Assembly (NCBI GenBank): GCA_947311505.1
Contig: CAMZLL010000057.1
Span: 2,026-66,025, forward strand
Source: an uncultured Cryomorphaceae bacterium
GTDB lineage: Bacteria; Bacteroidota; Bacteroidia; Flavobacteriales_D; Parvicellaceae
Direction of reading: 5' to 3'
DNA: 64,000 bases
The position numbers and the translations under genes are program-made. Numbering within the stretch: the stretch's first letter is position 1; the number at the start of each line of letters is the position of its first letter. Below the pieces are notes generated by a model that saw nothing but the letters and a program-made list of their open reading frames with translations, was not told the DNA's origin and did not search any database. This document shows positions 61,306 through 64,000 of this stretch, one piece after another.

Positions 61306-61394
61306 GCGTGAGGGATAGGAACGGCATCCTCACGAAAGCTCCAAAAAAGCTTTCGTGAGATATAGTGGATAGCCCGACCCGAAGGGGTACGCCC
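61306..61394 (+). ncRNA. Structured RNA/repeat element copy B (Flavo-1-like)
   Basis: GCGTGAGGGATA...[TCACGAAAGCT/AGCTTTCGTGA stem]...GGATAGCCCG-ACCCGAAGGGGT-ACGCCC. Confidence 0.65.
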
Positions 61395-61696
61395 TAATTA
61401 TAATGAATACAGAATTAGATATTGAAGAACATTGCACAATGATCCGTTTGCTTTGGGGAAGAACTTATTTTAATCAATTTCTTCATTGTTAAAAAAAACA
61501 ACAACTTACTCTTTATCAGGCGGTAATGCCGTTGTAACAGCCTTAATTGGTATCATCGCTTTTTATCTTTGGTATTTTTTTTAGTTCAAATTAAGGACAT
61601 TCAAAAACTATCAATTATCTTAGCCAACTGAATTAATAAGAAAGCAAAAATTCTTATTAAAAAACGCAATGAGTAACTCAAAAACAAAACGATATT

Positions 61697-63097
61697 ATGA
61701 GTAAATACGATGTAACCATTATTGGTTCTGGACCTGGAGGATATGTAGCAGCTATTAGATGCGCACAATTGGGAATGAAGACCGCAATTATAGAAAAATA
61801 CAGTACACTTGGAGGTACTTGTCTTAATGTGGGGTGTATTCCTTCTAAAGCGATGTTAGATTCTAGTGAGCATTATTTTAATGCTAAGCATTCTTTTGAA
61901 GAGCATGGAATTACAACTGGTGCATTATCGGTAGATTTAGCAAAATTAGTAGCACGTAAAAACGGTGTGGTAAAACAAACTTGTGATGGTATCCAATATC
62001 TAATGGACAAAAACAAGATTGAAGTTATTCACGGATTGGGTTCGTTTGTAGATAAAAACACGATAAAAGTAGTAAGTGAAGAGGGTGAAAAAAACATTCA
62101 AACAGATAAAGTAATCATTGCTACTGGTTCTAAACCTAATTTCTTTCCTGGTATGGAGCCAGATAAAGACAGAATATTGACCTCTACGGAGGCATTGAAC
62201 TTAAAAGAAATCCCGAAACACTTAATCGTAATTGGTGGAGGTGTTATCGGACTAGAATTAGGGTCTGTTTATGCTCGCTTGGGATCTGACGTTACGGTGG
62301 TAGAATATGCAGATTCTATTATCTCTACGATGGACAAAACAGTGGCAAAAGAATTGCAACGAATTTTGAAAAAAGAAGGGTTCAAATTCAAATTTAATCA
62401 TTCGGTAACGAAAGTAGAAAACACTGGGACGGGGGTAAAAGTACATGCTACGGATAAAAAGAATAAAGAAGTGGTCGTAGAAGGAGACTACTGTTTGGTA
62501 GCTGTGGGTAGAAAACCGTTTACTAAAGGATTGGGCTTAGAAAATGTAGGCATTGAAACAGACAAAAGAGGGGTAATTCCTACGAATGATCATTTGCAAA
62601 CTTCTGTGAGCAACATTTATGCTATAGGTGATGTAATAAAAGGTCCTATGCTTGCTCATAAAGCTGAAGAAGAAGGTGTATTTGTAGCAGAGTTGATGAA
62701 TGGACAAAAACCACACATCAACTACGATTTGATACCTGGTGTAGTTTACACTTGGCCTGAAGTAGCTGCTGTAGGTAAAACTGAGGAAGAAGTAAAAGCT
62801 ACTGGAAAAGAATACAATGTGGGTCAATTCCCAATAAGAGCTTTAGGAAGAGCTCGTGCAAGTATGGATATACAGGGTGTAATAAAAATAATCTCTGACA
62901 AAGAGACTGATGAAGTATTGGGCGTACATATGGTAACTGCTAGAGCTGCCGATTTGATAATGGAAGCTGTAGTTGCTATGGAGTACAGAGCGTCTGCTGA
63001 AGACATGGCTCGTATCTGTCATCCGCATCCTACGTATTCGGAAGCTGTAAAAGAAGCTGCTTTAGATGCTTGGAACAAAAGTGCTTTGCATTTTTAA
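61697..63097 (+). CDS. lpdA: Dihydrolipoyl dehydrogenase (E3)
   Basis: GSGPGGY, GGTCLNVGCIPSK, GGGVIGLE, AIGDV..GPMLAHKA, HPHPT.SE. Confidence 0.97.
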   Translation: MSKYDVTIIGSGPGGYVAAIRCAQLGMKTAIIEKYSTLGGTCLNVGCIPSKAMLDSSEHYFNAKHSFEEHGITTGALSVDLAKLVARKNGVVKQTCDGIQYLMDKNKIEVIHGLGSFVDKNTIKVVSEEGEKNIQTDKVIIATGSKPNFFPGMEPDKDRILTSTEALNLKEIPKHLIVIGGGVIGLELGSVYARLGSDVTVVEYADSIISTMDKTVAKELQRILKKEGFKFKFNHSVTKVENTGTGVKVHATDKKNKEVVVEGDYCLVAVGRKPFTKGLGLENVGIETDKRGVIPTNDHLQTSVSNIYAIGDVIKGPMLAHKAEEEGVFVAELMNGQKPHINYDLIPGVVYTWPEVAAVGKTEEEVKATGKEYNVGQFPIRALGRARASMDIQGVIKIISDKETDEVLGVHMVTARAADLIMEAVVAMEYRASAEDMARICHPHPTYSEAVKEAALDAWNKSALHF

Positions 63098-63130
63098 TTA
63101 ATATAGTGCTAACTTAAGGGCAAGTCTAAA

Positions 63131-63165
63131 AAATCCTCTTGAAGAAATTCAAGGGTTTTTTTTTT
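63131..63165 (+). terminator. Intrinsic terminator after lpdA
   Basis: AATCCTCTTGAA-GAAA-TTCAAGGGTT followed by a long T-run. Confidence 0.8.
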
Positions 63166-63189
63166 GCTATAAACGTTAGAGTCTATCAC

Positions 63190-63234
63190 AAAAAAACGGT
63201 TTGCTAAGTCTAATATCGACTCAACAAACCGTTT
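63190..63234 (-). terminator. Intrinsic terminator after clpP
   Basis: AAACGGTTTG...CAAACCGTTT stem with plus-strand A-run (U-tract on minus strand). Confidence 0.8.
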
Positions 63235-63252
63235 CTTATAATTCGTATTTGA

Positions 63253-63945
63253 CTATTTCGTTCTTATCAAAACTTCGTCAATCATTCCGTATTCTTTTGC
63301 TTCATTAGCTATCATCCAATAATCACGATCACTATCTTCCCAAACTTGTTCGTAAGATTTACCTGAATGGTGTGCAATGATTTCGTACAATTCTTTCTTC
63401 AACTTTTGAATCTCTCTATGTGTGATTTCGATATCAGACGCTTGTCCAGATGCACCTCCTAATGGTTGGTGAATCATAACTCTTGAATGCTTAAGACCAG
63501 AACGTTTTCCTTCTGCTCCTGCGCATAACAATACTGCTCCCATAGATGCTGCCATTCCTACACATATAGTAGCCACATCTGGATTGATATATTGCATGGT
63601 ATCGTAAATACCAAGACCTGCATATACGCTTCCTCCTGGAGAGTTAACATATATTTGAATATCCTTAGATGCGTCCATTGATTCTAAGAATAACAATTGT
63701 GCTGTAATTATATTAGAAACATAATCGTCAATACCCGTGCCTAAAAAGATGATTCTGTCCATCATCAAGCGAGAGAACACATCCATAATCGCAACATTCA
63801 TACTTCGCTCTTCTATAATGTTTGGAGTCATTCCTACAGGCACGTTACTTATTGCAGACATATATTTGTGCATTGTAGTGCTTGAAATACCCATGTGCTT
63901 GGTTGCAAATTTTTGAAATTCGTTTGGATTGAATTGACTATTCAT
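63253..63945 (-). CDS. clpP: ATP-dependent Clp protease proteolytic subunit
   Basis: DVFSRL..DRIIFL, AQLLFL, NSPGGSV, G.AASMG, RVMIHQPLGG, DRDYWM. Confidence 0.97.
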   Translation of the reverse strand: MNSQFNPNEFQKFATKHMGISSTTMHKYMSAISNVPVGMTPNIIEERSMNVAIMDVFSRLMMDRIIFLGTGIDDYVSNIITAQLLFLESMDASKDIQIYVNSPGGSVYAGLGIYDTMQYINPDVATICVGMAASMGAVLLCAGAEGKRSGLKHSRVMIHQPLGGASGQASDIEITHREIQKLKKELYEIIAHHSGKSYEQVWEDSDRDYWMIANEAKEYGMIDEVLIRTK

Positions 63946-64000
63946 ATTGTTCTATTTATTTTCGTTTTTATTATTTGTATAAAGGTATTTTATTTTGAGG

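Noticed and set aside
61403-61594. Small ORF MNTELDIEEHCTMIRLLWGRTYFNQFLHC and a downstream hydrophobic frame after element copy B
   Set aside because: Fragments in different frames with no motif; at best a decayed gene
1-64000. CRISPR arrays, tRNA/rRNA genes, transposases, integrases, prophage or defence genes
   Set aside because: No regularly spaced repeats, cloverleaf/rRNA signatures or relevant protein motifs were seen in any spacer or ORF

Overview
This is an AT-rich chromosomal window from a Bacteroidota bacterium, most likely Flavobacteriales. The assignment rests on TAnnTTTG -7 promoter boxes, A-rich start regions without Shine-Dalgarno sequences, PorE-like TPR-PD40 proteins, and DUF3127/DUF1573/DUF3108 genes. 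It is mostly housekeeping and envelope genes: a partial TonB receptor with a surface lipoprotein, a cyclase/KynB, SOD, a pheA-aminotransferase-tyrA-DAHPS/CM operon, an ECF sigma module, E2/E3 dehydrogenase subunits, recR, crcB, obgE, pccB, pepP, leuS, wbp/rfb sugar genes, a MoxR-DUF58 cluster, dxs and clpP. I saw no tRNA, rRNA, CRISPR array, transposase or prophage gene. The most notable signals lie outside the ORF track. (1) An unannotated Phe/Tyr-rich leader peptide with terminator/antiterminator sits upstream of pheA. (2) The kynB-like gene is split exactly at an in-phase A_AAA_AAG -1 slippery site. (3) Two covarying copies of a structured Flavo-1-like RNA element are present. (4) 11-bp-phased Pho-box-like repeats lie before the lipoprotein/TBDR pair. 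(5) Two genes appear to start at CTG. (6) Several genes look near-leaderless. All product calls come from motif recognition by eye, without database searches.
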